Assembly: GCA_021771025.1 (NCBI GenBank)
Contig: JAETPW010000005.1
Location: 8,482 to 72,481 of the forward strand
Direction: 5' to 3'
DNA length: 64,000 bases
Source: Clostridiaceae bacterium
GTDB lineage: Bacteria; Bacillota; Clostridia; TANB77; CAG-508
Each line of letters begins with the position of its first letter. Positions within the stretch are counted from its first letter, which is position 1. The position numbers and the translations under genes were made by a program. Of the stretch, positions 42,717 to 52,997 are shown one piece after another. Below the pieces are notes generated by a model. The model searched no databases. It saw only the letters and a list, made by a program, of their open reading frames with translations, and was not told the DNA's origin.

Positions 42717-43673
42717 ATGGGAAAAACATTCGGACTAACATGGGAAAATTTTTACCAAGAAAACATAGTAGCTTATTTGAAAAACCTAAACCAAAACCCA
42801 TTTGAATTAATTACAATTATTTTAGATTTAGCCATAGTACTATTTTTATTTTATTGTTTCTTTCGTGTAGTAAAAGGATCTAGAGCATGGCAATTATTAA
42901 AAGGCATTGCTTTATTGATTGTAGCAACTTGGGCAAGTAGTTTGCTTAACCTAAAAATAGTAAATGCCATTTTAACTGGTATTATGAACTGGGGAGTTAT
43001 TGCTATAATTGTGATCTTTCAGCCGGAACTAAGAAGAGCGTTAGAACAATTAGGTACCAATAAGTTTACTAAATTTTTTGGCATAGATAAAGATATAGCA
43101 ACAAAAACCAAGGAAGATATTTATAAAGTAGTCATTGCCGCAGAAGAATTAGCAAAAACAAAGACAGGGGCATTAATTGTACTAGAAAGGGATATTAATA
43201 TACAAGATATCATCGCTACAGGAGTTCCTATGCAAGCAGAAGTTTCTCCTCAGTTATTAGTTAATATTTTTGAACCTAAAACGCCTTTACATGATGGAGC
43301 TGTAGTCATTAGCAATAATAAAATAGCAGCGGCAGCCTGTGTACTTCCATTAGCCGATGATACAGATATTGCTAAAGAACTAGGCACTAGACATCGAGCA
43401 GCTATAGGAATATCCAAAGAATCAGATAGTATCGTAGTTGTTGTTTCAGAAGAGACAGGAAAGATTTCTGTAGCCAAAGACGGAACATTAATCGCTGATG
43501 TTAGAGAAGATGTATTAAAGAAAATTTTAATTACGAACATTGTTACTAAGCGATTTACGGTAGAAAGAAAAGTTCCTAAAGGTAGCTTTAAGAAATGGAA
43601 AGAAAAATGGAGAAAAGAGTCAAAATCTAAAGTAAAAACGGAAGGTAAAGAACAAAACAAAGATAAAGAATAA
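42717..43673 (+). CDS. cdaA: Diadenylate cyclase CdaA (DAC domain, N-terminal TM helices, Lys-rich tail)
   Basis: LHDGAVVI...[28 protein letters not shown]. Confidence 0.85.
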   Translation: [318 protein letters not shown]

Positions 43674-43719
43674 GTTTAGCTATCTTAAATGGAGTAAACT
43701 TTTAACCTTCACGAATACA

Positions 43720-43769
43720 AAGAAAAGAGGAAAAATGTTGGTTTTGAACACTAACATAGACTAGAAAAA
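43720..43769 (+). promoter_or_regulatory. Fourth copy of the uORF-palindrome module upstream of truA (uORF MLVLNTNID, stop 5 nt before the truA ATG)
   Basis: AAGAGGAAAAATGTTGGTTTTGAACACTAACATAGACTAGaaaaaATG. Confidence 0.55.
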
Positions 43770-44510
43770 ATGAGAAATATCAAATTAACCATTGAATATG
43801 ATGGCAAGGAATTTCATGGCTGGCAAAAACAGCCTAATAAACCAAATATTCAAGGAACCATAGAGCAAGCGATTAAACAAATTACAGGAGAAGAGGTAGA
43901 CTTATTTGCATCAGGAAGAACAGATGCTGGTGTACATGCTTTAGGGCAAGTAGCCAATTTTAAAACCAATTCTTCTGTACCAATGGATAAATGGTGTATT
44001 GCCCTAAACAGTATTCTCAAAAAATCCATTCGTATCAAACAAGCAGAAGAAGTAGAAGAACGATTTCATAGTCGATTGTCTTGTAAACGAAAAACCTATC
44101 GCTATGTAATTCGTTATTCAGAATGTAGTTCGGCTATTTATCGTCATTTAGAAACGCATATTCCCTATCCATTAAACATCGAAAATATGCAAAAAGCGGC
44201 ATCTTATTTAGAAGGAGAACATGATTTTAAATCATTTAAAGCAAGTGGAACAAGTAGTAAAAGTAGTATAAGGACGATTTATCAAGCAAAAGTGTTTTCT
44301 ATCGATGATGAGCGTATTGGAATAGAATTAACAGGAAATGGTTTTTTATATAATATGGTAAGAATTATTGCGGGAACATTAGTAGAAGTAGGCATGGGAA
44401 AAATTTCACCAGAGCAAATGAAAACCATAATCATGGCAAAAGATAGAAGCCTAGCAGGGAAAACATTGCCACCAGAAGGCTTATATTTAGTAAAAGTAGA
44501 ATATCAATAG
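43770..44510 (+). CDS. truA: tRNA pseudouridine(38-40) synthase
   Basis: MRNIKLTIEYDGKEFHGWQKQ...GRTDAGVHA; no own SD, preceded by a uORF module. Confidence 0.9.
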   Translation: MRNIKLTIEYDGKEFHGWQKQPNKPNIQGTIEQAIKQITGEEVDLFASGRTDAGVHALGQVANFKTNSSVPMDKWCIALNSILKKSIRIKQAEEVEERFHSRLSCKRKTYRYVIRYSECSSAIYRHLETHIPYPLNIENMQKAASYLEGEHDFKSFKASGTSSKSSIRTIYQAKVFSIDDERIGIELTGNGFLYNMVRIIAGTLVEVGMGKISPEQMKTIIMAKDRSLAGKTLPPEGLYLVKVEYQ

Positions 44511-44677
44511 AGGGGTCCTGTAATTAGTTGTAAAAAAGCCTAATGTTAAACAAAAATAGAGAATAGTTTATCATCAAAGATAAGCATCTTCTCTATTTTT
44601 TTCATTAATTTTTAGGTATGATTAACCAAAAGCAAAAAATAAACATAACATATAACAAAAAGAAAAGGAGAGAAGTT

Positions 44678-45367
44678 ATGAATATATTATTACTATTTTT
44701 TGCTTTACCAATAGCCGTTATCATTATTTCTATTGTTTTGCAGAAAATTTTAAAATGTCCTATTCTAGTTGCTGGCGTTATTTTTGCTATTTTCCTTATT
44801 GTCACTTTTGTCATCGGTAATATCAATTTCTTAGTAGCTACCATTGTTTATACCATTCTTTCATTTATTACAGCATTTATCACTATGCTACTTTGTCGTT
44901 TTTTAGCCCATCAAGAGGATGACTCTTGCCAATGTTTTAGTGGAAGAAATAGATCTGGCCGAGGAGGAAGAAATACATCAAATAGATGCAACTGTTCTAC
45001 TTGTTGTTGTGAAAACAATGAACCTACATTGCTTACCATTAATAGCAGTTGCTCAAATGGGCGAAACGGAGATTTACTTACCATCAGTAGTAATGGTTGC
45101 AATGGCGTAGAAAATGATTTACTTACGATCCAATCCAACTGTGGCAGAAGCGGCCAAAACAATGGAAATTCAAATGGTTGCTCAAATCATTGTTCAAACG
45201 GATGCAATTGGTCATGTACTTGTCGTGAAAACAATAGTACAGATGATAATGGGAATAATGGAATGGGAAATAACAATAATGCTATAGTATTAAATGCAAA
45301 TGTTGTTCCAAATCAATGTAATAATGGAAGAACAGGAAATTTCAATGGATGCTATCGTAGAAGATAA
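44678..45367 (+). CDS. Membrane protein (3 TM helices) with a Cys/Asn/Gly-rich repetitive C-terminal domain (3x ..DLLTIxSxC..)
   Basis: SD AAAAGGAGAG before MNILLLFF; Cys-rich tail CQCF...CNCSTCCCENN...; terminator hairpin at ~45390-45420. Confidence 0.4.
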   Translation: MNILLLFFALPIAVIIISIVLQKILKCPILVAGVIFAIFLIVTFVIGNINFLVATIVYTILSFITAFITMLLCRFLAHQEDDSCQCFSGRNRSGRGGRNTSNRCNCSTCCCENNEPTLLTINSSCSNGRNGDLLTISSNGCNGVENDLLTIQSNCGRSGQNNGNSNGCSNHCSNGCNWSCTCRENNSTDDNGNNGMGNNNNAIVLNANVVPNQCNNGRTGNFNGCYRRR

Positions 45368-45433
45368 TGAGATAAGAAGAAAAAAGAAAACATCCCCGGC
45401 TGTATAGCATTCCGGGGATGTAGGAGTTTTCAA

Positions 45434-45652
45434 TTATTCACCGATGCCAAGAAGTTTTTCTTGGTATTTAAAGATGCGTTCTAAATCATCTTGCGAATAT
45501 TTGGTTATTATGAAACACGAGTTTAACGATGAAACATCGTTAAATTCAATGTTTCTTTCTTGCTTCATTTTTTTTAGAAACTTTAAAAATTTCTTCCGAA
45601 AATAAATCGGAAGAGTAATGATCTGATCCTTTTCTTCTAAATTGAGTTTCAT
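45434..45652 (-). CDS. Hypothetical 72-aa protein
   Basis: ORF only. Confidence 0.25.
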   Translation of the reverse strand: MKLNLEEKDQIITLPIYFRKKFLKFLKKMKQERNIEFNDVSSLNSCFIITKYSQDDLERIFKYQEKLLGIGE

Positions 45653-45837
45653 AAAAAACCTCCTATTTAATGAGTAACTGTTTTTACAGTTCTAGTTATA
45701 TTTTAACATATATAGCCAGAAAAATCAACTTTATCATATGATCTAATCATAGTCTATTTGCATGATGAAAATTAATTTCTTGCATTTTCTCCCATTTTAT
45801 GGTATGATAACCGCAATTAAAATAAGAGGAGAAAATC

Positions 45838-46716
45838 ATGTTAGAAGTTATTCAAGATACCTTAATGGATAGTATAAAATTATTGCCTTTTCTATTTTTA
45901 ACGTATTTCATCTTAGAATACATTGAACATAAAATGGGGGAGAAGTCCAAACAAACTATTCAAAAATCAGGAAAGTTTGGTCCACTGATAGGAAGTATTT
46001 TAGGAGTATTTCCTCAATGTGGATTTTCCGTTTCTGCTACTAATTTATATGCAGGTAGAGTTATTAGCTTGGGAACATTAATTGCTGTTTATTTATCTAC
46101 TTCTGATGAAATGCTACCTATTTTTATCTCAGAGGCGGTTTCACCTTGGATTATCTTAAAAATTTTAGGCATTAAACTACTCATTGGAATGATAGCAGGT
46201 TTTGTGATTGATTTGGTAGCTAGATTTTGGCGTAAGAAAAATAAAAAAAATAAGCAAGAAGAAAAAACAGAAGAAAGTATTGAGGATTTATGTGAGCACG
46301 ATCATTGCCATTGTGAAGAAGGAAGCATATGGAAATCAGCATTGTCTCATACACTTCATATTTTCCTATTTATTATGATCATTACTTTTGTGATTAATGT
46401 CATTGTCTATTTCATTGGGGAAGAAAATATCTCTCATCTCATGTTAAATCAGCCGATTTTAGGACCAATCATAGCAGGAGCAGTGGGATTAATACCAAAC
46501 TGTGCAGCATCAGTTATCATCACCAATTTGTATTTAGAAAATGTAATTTCAGCAGCTAGTATGATAGCAGGTTTATTAACAGGAGCGGGAGTGGGACTAG
46601 CAGTTCTATTTAAAACCAATCGTGGATTAAAACAAAACATCAAAATAGTTGGTTTATTGTACGTCATTGGAGTTATATCTGGTTTACTATTAGAATGGAT
46701 AGGAATAGCTTTTTAG
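45838..46716 (+). CDS. Permease with an internal two-fold repeat (..PQCGFSV.. / ..PNCAASV..) and a Cys/His-rich loop (CEHDHCHCEEG); probable metal transporter
   Basis: Two ~5-TM halves with conserved Cys motifs and an HxHC loop. Confidence 0.4.
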   Translation: MLEVIQDTLMDSIKLLPFLFLTYFILEYIEHKMGEKSKQTIQKSGKFGPLIGSILGVFPQCGFSVSATNLYAGRVISLGTLIAVYLSTSDEMLPIFISEAVSPWIILKILGIKLLIGMIAGFVIDLVARFWRKKNKKNKQEEKTEESIEDLCEHDHCHCEEGSIWKSALSHTLHIFLFIMIITFVINVIVYFIGEENISHLMLNQPILGPIIAGAVGLIPNCAASVIITNLYLENVISAASMIAGLLTGAGVGLAVLFKTNRGLKQNIKIVGLLYVIGVISGLLLEWIGIAF

Positions 46717-46768
46717 TCTATCAATAAAAAAATAGGGAAATCTGGGGCGTCCCCAGTTTTCCCTATTT

Positions 46769-49108
46769 TTATCCGTTAGGATTTCCTTTTTTTAAATTAA
46801 CGATAATCGCATCATCATTATCAAATAAAAATTTAGAATCAGTATCATTATTTTTGATTGGATCAAATTCGTTTCTTTCATCCGTGAAATCTACGTTTTT
46901 AAGATCAAATTTTTTCTTTGCCTTGCTACTACTATCATCTTCTGTAGCGGTAGTTACTCCATCAGAATATCGACCAAAGTCATAGGTTTTGATTTTTTGT
47001 GCTTCTTTGTATTTAGCAGATAAGTAATTTAATTTTCCAGGGCCAGCCATTGGTTTCCCGTCAGCACCTCTGATTTTATAGGCACATTGTTTTTGACTAA
47101 GGGTTTGTAATTTTCCAGGTTTAAAGTTTAAAACAAATTTCCAAGCTACATCACTATGTTTATCTTCGTATTTTAGTTTACTAAAGTCCATAGTATTTTT
47201 AAATTCCCACTCTCTATGTGTTCCAAATTCTTTGGACCACCACTCAACTGCATCGGCATCACCACCACCAGTAAAGATTTTACTAGCACAGTTAGACAAA
47301 ATCGTTTCACGATAGTTTTCTCGAGGAGAATTTCCACCTTCTAATTGTTTTAAATTTTGTGCTGAAATGGTAGTTCCTACTTTGTATTTGCGATACATGG
47401 TAAAGATAGGTTCAGTTGCTTTTCCAACGAAGTCTGGAAATTCATCAATGTATAGGAAATGAGGAATTCTAGACTTTTCATTTCCCGGTCTTCTTAATAC
47501 AGCATTTTGCATAGCCATTAAGAAAAATAAACCAAATGCTTTATGACCAGATGCTCCTAAGTCTCCTCTTCTTGTACAAACAAATAAAATATCGCCATTA
47601 GCTAGTACATCGTCAAAATTAATATTTTGGTGACGATTGCATAAAATATTTTTAACTCCTGGAATACGTAGTAAATTATCTAATTGAGAAACCGCGGTGT
47701 ATACAGAAGATTCTGTGAATTCTTTTCCTGATCCAGTGCTATAGAAGTTTTTCTTGAAGTAAGCAATTTGAGTATGATAAGTTTCTTTTAACTGTTCATC
47801 GTGTGCCATAATTTCACACATTTTTTCTACTAAATCAAAATGAGTAAGCATTTTTAGTAAATCCTCTAAGTTAGGTAATAGCCCTTCGTTCATTCTTGGA
47901 TACATCACTTTTAATAAAATCGAGATATTTTCTACGGCTTGCATAACAATATCCTCACGGTAAGCATCTTTCATATCATTAACGTGTTCACTATAATACA
48001 TGGCTTTTAACACAGAAGAAATAGTAATCGCTATGTTATTTGGATCATGATAAACAAATGGATTTAATCCTGATGAAGTAGAATCTGTTGGGTCAATGAC
48101 TTGATAAGGTAGTTTAAAATTTCGGCAAACATCCATCAAATGATCACTAATTTCGCGGTCTGGTGACATAACGGTTACACCACAATTGCGATAAGTAATT
48201 TCTGGACTATCAGCTAAAATCATTTTTTTCATATAAGCTTTATAAATGCTTTCCTTTCCTTCGTAAGGGGCAAGCATATTCAAATTAAAGTTTTCATTCA
48301 AATAATCATTATCATAAGGTCGTCTTAAATAGGCAATGTTGGTTTTCAAAGCAGTAAATCCCATTTCCTTAGCTACTTCGCGAAAGAAAAATTTACGTTC
48401 AATATCACGAGCAATTAACGGTTCATAAACTAAAGAAGTCTTACCAGTACCAGATCCACCACAAACAAACAATTGTTGAAAACGAGAACTTTCAGGAATG
48501 GTAATCGTTTTTCCCGTTTCTACATCAGTACATAAAAACACTTCAAAAGAATATGGTCCTTTTCCTTCTTTTTTATTCGATAAATCAATTCCTCCATAAT
48601 CCCAAATGGAACGGAACTGATCAGGAGTATCATTAACCCCAAAATACAAGAAGTTAAAAATCTTAGGAATAATCAATAGAGGAAGGAATACAGTCAAAGC
48701 TGAAAGAGCTGGTTGAAACAATTCCGAAAAATTACTAATCAATTCTGGATAACCCGGAACAGACACTAAAAATAGCCATACTCCCATATTCAGCCATTGA
48801 GTAAACATAGAAACTGCAATAATTGTTAGGCCAATAATATATAAATAAAACAAAGTTACTTTTTGTTTCTTAGAAGTAGCAAACTCCGAATTTCCCGAAA
48901 ACAAATAAGCAAAAATAGGGCAAGCCAAAGCAAACGTATACTCAATTGGTCCCCAATAAGAATACGAAACCCCTGTAAATGCCATTAACAAAATTTCGAC
49001 AATACGATCAACAGCTAAATAAATAGTCACTAAAGTAAGAATATAAGTAGCAAACGTATTTCGACTAGTCTTCAATTTTTTTAAAAATTTATCGATTAAT
49101 TTCATCAA
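46769..49108 (-). CDS. Type IV coupling protein-like ATPase (TraG/TraD/VirD4 family) with no other conjugation genes nearby
   Basis: N-terminal TM helices; Walker A VCGGSGTGKTS; large insertion; Walker B FLYIDEFPDF; TTISAQNLKQLE motif; acidic C-terminal tail. Confidence 0.6.
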   Translation of the reverse strand: MMKLIDKFLKKLKTSRNTFATYILTLVTIYLAVDRIVEILLMAFTGVSYSYWGPIEYTFALACPIFAYLFSGNSEFATSKKQKVTLFYLYIIGLTIIAVSMFTQWLNMGVWLFLVSVPGYPELISNFSELFQPALSALTVFLPLLIIPKIFNFLYFGVNDTPDQFRSIWDYGGIDLSNKKEGKGPYSFEVFLCTDVETGKTITIPESSRFQQLFVCGGSGTGKTSLVYEPLIARDIERKFFFREVAKEMGFTALKTNIAYLRRPYDNDYLNENFNLNMLAPYEGKESIYKAYMKKMILADSPEITYRNCGVTVMSPDREISDHLMDVCRNFKLPYQVIDPTDSTSSGLNPFVYHDPNNIAITISSVLKAMYYSEHVNDMKDAYREDIVMQAVENISILLKVMYPRMNEGLLPNLEDLLKMLTHFDLVEKMCEIMAHDEQLKETYHTQIAYFKKNFYSTGSGKEFTESSVYTAVSQLDNLLRIPGVKNILCNRHQNINFDDVLANGDILFVCTRRGDLGASGHKAFGLFFLMAMQNAVLRRPGNEKSRIPHFLYIDEFPDFVGKATEPIFTMYRKYKVGTTISAQNLKQLEGGNSPRENYRETILSNCASKIFTGGGDADAVEWWSKEFGTHREWEFKNTMDFSKLKYEDKHSDVAWKFVLNFKPGKLQTLSQKQCAYKIRGADGKPMAGPGKLNYLSAKYKEAQKIKTYDFGRYSDGVTTATEDDSSSKAKKKFDLKNVDFTDERNEFDPIKNNDTDSKFLFDNDDAIIVNLKKGNPNG

Positions 49109-49223
49109 AAAAAGTCCTTTCTCAAAATAAAATCCTTCTCTTATATTATCCTATAAAATGCTTAAAAAATCAAGGGTTTTTGGAATATTTGGTATAAAAA
49201 CTCACCTTCTTGCATATACTATT

Positions 49224-49285
49224 CCCAAATTGGGGACGGGGTAAAATTTGGTCATTTTACCATTTGGGGGACAGGGTAAAAGAAA
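49224..49285. repeat. REP-like repeat, copy D
   Basis: AAATTGGGGACGGGGTAAAATTTGGTCATTTTACCATTTGGGGGACAGGGTAAAAG. Confidence 0.7.
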
Positions 49286-49400
49286 AAGTTTATTAGGAAA
49301 AAAGAATTAGGGAAAAATCACATAGGGAAAAAAAGGGCGTCCCCCTTTTTTCCCTAGTTAGCTATTTTAATTGAATATAGGATTAAAAGGAGGAGTTATT

Positions 49401-49691
49401 TTGCGTGAAGAACAAAAATTTCGTAGGGAAGAGTTAATTAGAGAGAGGGGAGAACTAGAAAAGGAAAAAGAGTTGATCAAAAATATTATTAAAACGAAAG
49501 AAGAGTTAAAAAAGGCAAACCGAAATTTTGAGTTTGCTGATTCTAATTTAATTGATTACTATATTTACCAAATTAAAGCTAATCAAGCCAAATTGGATTA
49601 CTTGATCAAAATTGCTAAAACAAAAGGAATTAATGTGGATTTGATTCAAGATATACAGTTTAGAACTTGGGGAGAAGAAGAGGTAGTATAG
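49401..49691 (+). CDS. DUF2508 (YaaL-like) protein; probable TTG start after SD AAAGGAGGAG
   Basis: ..NFEFADSNLIDYYIYQIKANQAKLDYLIKIAK.. resembles YaaL; sits next to bofA as in Bacillus. Confidence 0.5.
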   Translation: MREEQKFRREELIRERGELEKEKELIKNIIKTKEELKKANRNFEFADSNLIDYYIYQIKANQAKLDYLIKIAKTKGINVDLIQDIQFRTWGEEEVV

Positions 49692-49759
49692 CATATTTGT
49701 CCGAATTTTCACATAGGTATGGTAATAATAGAGCATGATAAAAGAGAGGAAGAGAGTGT

Positions 49760-50020
49760 ATGAATGCAACCATTATTACCTATTTAGCGTGTATATGTTT
49801 TTTGTTTATATTTGGACGTTTGTTTATTGTTCCCTTAAAAAAGATTTTGAAATTAGTCATCAATTCTGTTTTAGGTGGGGTATGTATTTTCTTAATTAAC
49901 CTGATTGGGGCAAGTTTTGGATTTCATATTGGGCTTAATGTTTTAACTAGCCTTATTGTGGGACTTTTAGGGTTGCCGGGAGCTGTTTGCTTGGTTATTG
50001 TGAAATTGTTAGTTAGTTAA
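49760..50020 (+). CDS. bofA: Pro-sigma-K processing inhibitor BofA
   Basis: 86 aa, two TM helices, ..SLIVGLLGLPGAVCLVIVKLLV resembles B. subtilis BofA. Confidence 0.65.
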   Translation: MNATIITYLACICFLFIFGRLFIVPLKKILKLVINSVLGGVCIFLINLIGASFGFHIGLNVLTSLIVGLLGLPGAVCLVIVKLLVS

Positions 50021-50154
50021 GTTTATGGCAGATCGATAAAGGTATAAGTGTTAGAAAGTATTAGTGCAAAAAATAGCAAAAAGTAAAAGAACTACTTGAC
50101 AAAACAGAACAAATGTTTTAAACTATAACTAGTTTAAAACAAGGATGTGATATT

Positions 50155-51015
50155 TTGGAATTTAATAAGAAGACAATAGAGATACTAAAGAAACAATTTG
50201 ATGAAATTGTTAATATTGAAGAGAGTGAAAATATTGAATTTTGGTATGCGAGAGATTTACAAATAAAACTAGGATATACTCAATGGAGAAATTTTGAAGA
50301 TGTCATAAGTAAAGCAATTTTATCATGCGAAAATGCAGGTATAAGCGTACAAGATCATTTTGCTAAGGTTAGCAAAATGATAGAAATAGCAAAGGGAGCA
50401 AAAAGAAAAATTGATGATTATATGCTTACTCGTTATGCTTGTTTTTTAATTGCTCAAAATGGAGATTCAAGGAAACAAGAAATAGCTTTTGCACAAACCT
50501 ATTTTGCAGTACAAACAAGAAAGCAAGAAATTATTGAAGATAGAATAAAATTAATGAATCGTTTAGAAGCAAGAGATAGGCTGAAGGAATCTGAGAAGCA
50601 ATTATCTAAAAATATATATGAAAGAGGAGTTGACGATAAAGGCTTTGCTATTATCCGTTCAAAAGGAGATTCAGCACTTTTTGGAGGATTAAATACATCT
50701 CAAATGAAAGCAAGGTATAAAATAAAAGAAAATAGACCACTAGCTGATTTTTTACCAACATTAACAATAGCTGCTAAAAATCTTGCAACTGAAATGACAA
50801 ATCATAATGTTACACAAGAAGATTTATATGGGCAAGATAGTATTTCAAATGAACATATACAGAATAATTTGAGTGTAAGAAGTATGTTGTCCAAGAGAGG
50901 AATTAAACCAGAAAATTTGAAACCGGCTGAAGATTTGAAAAAACTAGAAAGAAGGGTGAAAGCGGAAGAAAAGAAAATTTCACAAATAAATAAAAAATTA
51001 CCTGATAATAGTTAA
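50155..51015 (+). CDS. dinD: DNA damage-inducible protein D (DinD-like, Bro-N-type N-terminal domain)
   Basis: FWYARDLQIKLGYTQWRNF...DHFAKVSKMIEIAKGAKRKIDDYMLTRYACFLIAQNGDSRK..AQTYFAVQTRKQE. Confidence 0.6.
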   Translation: MEFNKKTIEILKKQFDEIVNIEESENIEFWYARDLQIKLGYTQWRNFEDVISKAILSCENAGISVQDHFAKVSKMIEIAKGAKRKIDDYMLTRYACFLIAQNGDSRKQEIAFAQTYFAVQTRKQEIIEDRIKLMNRLEARDRLKESEKQLSKNIYERGVDDKGFAIIRSKGDSALFGGLNTSQMKARYKIKENRPLADFLPTLTIAAKNLATEMTNHNVTQEDLYGQDSISNEHIQNNLSVRSMLSKRGIKPENLKPAEDLKKLERRVKAEEKKISQINKKLPDNS

Positions 51016-51142
51016 GAAAATAAAAGTATAAATCAACTTTTTTGAAAATTTTTGAGTTCTTTTAAAAATAAATAAATGCTACCCTCTCTAAAAGAAAGTA
51101 GCATTTTCAATACCTCTATCAATTTTGAAAAAGTGATTTCAT

Positions 51143-52984
51143 TTATTCCACCGTAACTGATTTAGCCAAATTCCTTGGTTTATCCACATCCAATCCTTTT
51201 TCCTTTGAAATATAATAAGAAAGTAATTGTAAAGGAATAATTGACAAAATAGGGGAAATAAAAGCATTTGTATCTGGAATAAAGATTACTCGGTCAAATT
51301 GATTGGAGTTTATCTTTTGGTTTGTTACGATAAACGTTTTAGCTCCTCTAGTAACTACTTCTTGAATATTACTAATGGTTTTTTCCACTAAACGAGGATC
51401 AGTCATAATGCCAATAACAGTTATACCATTTTCAATTAAAGCAATTGGTCCATGTTTTAATTCACCCGCTGCGTAGCTTTCTGAATGGATATAGGAAATC
51501 TCTTTTAGTTTTAAAGAACCTTCTTTAGCTACACTTTCGTCAATTCCTCGGCCTAAGAAAAATACATCTTTTTCTTGATAAATTTTTCTAGCAAATTCTT
51601 GAATGGTTTCATTTTGTTTTAAGGTCTCTTCTATTTTTTTAGGCAAGGCTAAAAGGTCGCTTTTGAGTTCACTAAGAAGTGATGATTCACATCTACCTAA
51701 AATTTCTGCAAAATAAATGGCTAAAATAGTGATTAATACCACTTGAGAAGTATAAGCTTTCGTAGAAGCAACAGCGATTTCAGGGCCTGCATGGGTATAA
51801 ATAGAGTAGTCTGCTTCTCGCGTAATGGAACTTCCAATTACGTTAGAAATAGCAATTGTTTTTGCTCCTTTTGATTTAGCCAATTTTAAAGCAGCAATGG
51901 TATCAGCAGTTTCTCCTGATTGAGAAATGAAAACACATAAAGTATTTTCGTCAAGTAATGGGTCACGATAGCGAAATTCCGAAGCAATATCCACTTCTGC
52001 CGTTATGTGGCAAAGTTTTTCTATTGCATTTTTTCCGGCGATACCAGCGTGCATAGCTGTACCACAAGCAACAATATAGATTTTTTGGATTTTTTCTAGG
52101 TCTAACTTAGAAAAATGTAATTCTGACAATTCGCAGTTTCCTGTTAATGAAATGCGAGAACCAATCGTTTCACGAACTGCGTTAGGTTGTTCATAAATTT
52201 CTTTTAACATAAAATCTTCGAAGCCATCTTTTTCCGCAGCGGTTGCGTTCCATTCAATGGTTTGTGTTTTTTTATTTATTTCCACTAAATCAGAAGTATA
52301 GAACTTAGCTGAGGTTCTCGATAATACGGCAAACTCAAAATCTTCTAGTAAATAGAAGTTTCGGGTATACGAAAGAATAGCCGGAATATCAGAGGAAATA
52401 TAATTTTCCTCTTCGGTAGAACCAATGACCAAAGGGCTATCTTTACGAACAACAATCATATTGTCTGGATAATCACTAGAAATGACTTCAATCGCAAAAC
52501 TACCTTTTAAATCTAAACAGCTATTACGAACAGCACGTAAAAATTTTAGTTCATCTTGTTTAGGGTCTTTATGATAATAATAATCAATTAAATTAGGAAT
52601 CACTTCTGTATCTGTTTGAGACACAAAAGAATATCCGTTTTCTTCTAATAAGGTACGTAGTTCATGGTAATTTTCGATAATTCCATTATGAACTACACTA
52701 AAAGTTTTGGTTTTATTTTGGTGAGGGTGAGCATTTTCTTTAGATGGTTTTCCGTGAGTGGCCCATCTCGTATGAGCAATACCAATGGTTCCTTCTAATT
52801 CATCAATTCCTGTTATAGAAGCTAAATGGTTTACTCTTCCTTTATCTTTGATTAGGGATAAACCATTTTTTTCAACGGTTGAAATTCCAGCTGAATCATA
52901 CCCTCTATATTCTAAACGATTAAGCCCTGCTAATAAAATAGGGCAAGCTTTTTTCTTTCCTATGTAACCTACAATTCCACACAT
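51143..52984 (-). CDS. glmS: Glutamine--fructose-6-phosphate aminotransferase
   Basis: MCGIVGYIG N-terminal nucleophile, SIS domains. Confidence 0.95.
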   Translation of the reverse strand: MCGIVGYIGKKKACPILLAGLNRLEYRGYDSAGISTVEKNGLSLIKDKGRVNHLASITGIDELEGTIGIAHTRWATHGKPSKENAHPHQNKTKTFSVVHNGIIENYHELRTLLEENGYSFVSQTDTEVIPNLIDYYYHKDPKQDELKFLRAVRNSCLDLKGSFAIEVISSDYPDNMIVVRKDSPLVIGSTEEENYISSDIPAILSYTRNFYLLEDFEFAVLSRTSAKFYTSDLVEINKKTQTIEWNATAAEKDGFEDFMLKEIYEQPNAVRETIGSRISLTGNCELSELHFSKLDLEKIQKIYIVACGTAMHAGIAGKNAIEKLCHITAEVDIASEFRYRDPLLDENTLCVFISQSGETADTIAALKLAKSKGAKTIAISNVIGSSITREADYSIYTHAGPEIAVASTKAYTSQVVLITILAIYFAEILGRCESSLLSELKSDLLALPKKIEETLKQNETIQEFARKIYQEKDVFFLGRGIDESVAKEGSLKLKEISYIHSESYAAGELKHGPIALIENGITVIGIMTDPRLVEKTISNIQEVVTRGAKTFIVTNQKINSNQFDRVIFIPDTNAFISPILSIIPLQLLSYYISKEKGLDVDKPRNLAKSVTVE

Positions 52985-52997
52985 AGTAAATCCTCCT

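Noticed and set aside
45390-45420. Hairpins CATCCCCGG..CCGGGGATG, CTGGGGCGTCCCCAG (46742-46758) and AAGGGCGTCCCCCTT (49327-49345) as members of the GGGAC repeat family
   Set aside because: They are ordinary intrinsic terminators flanked by T-runs at gene ends; the resemblance is limited to being G-rich stems.
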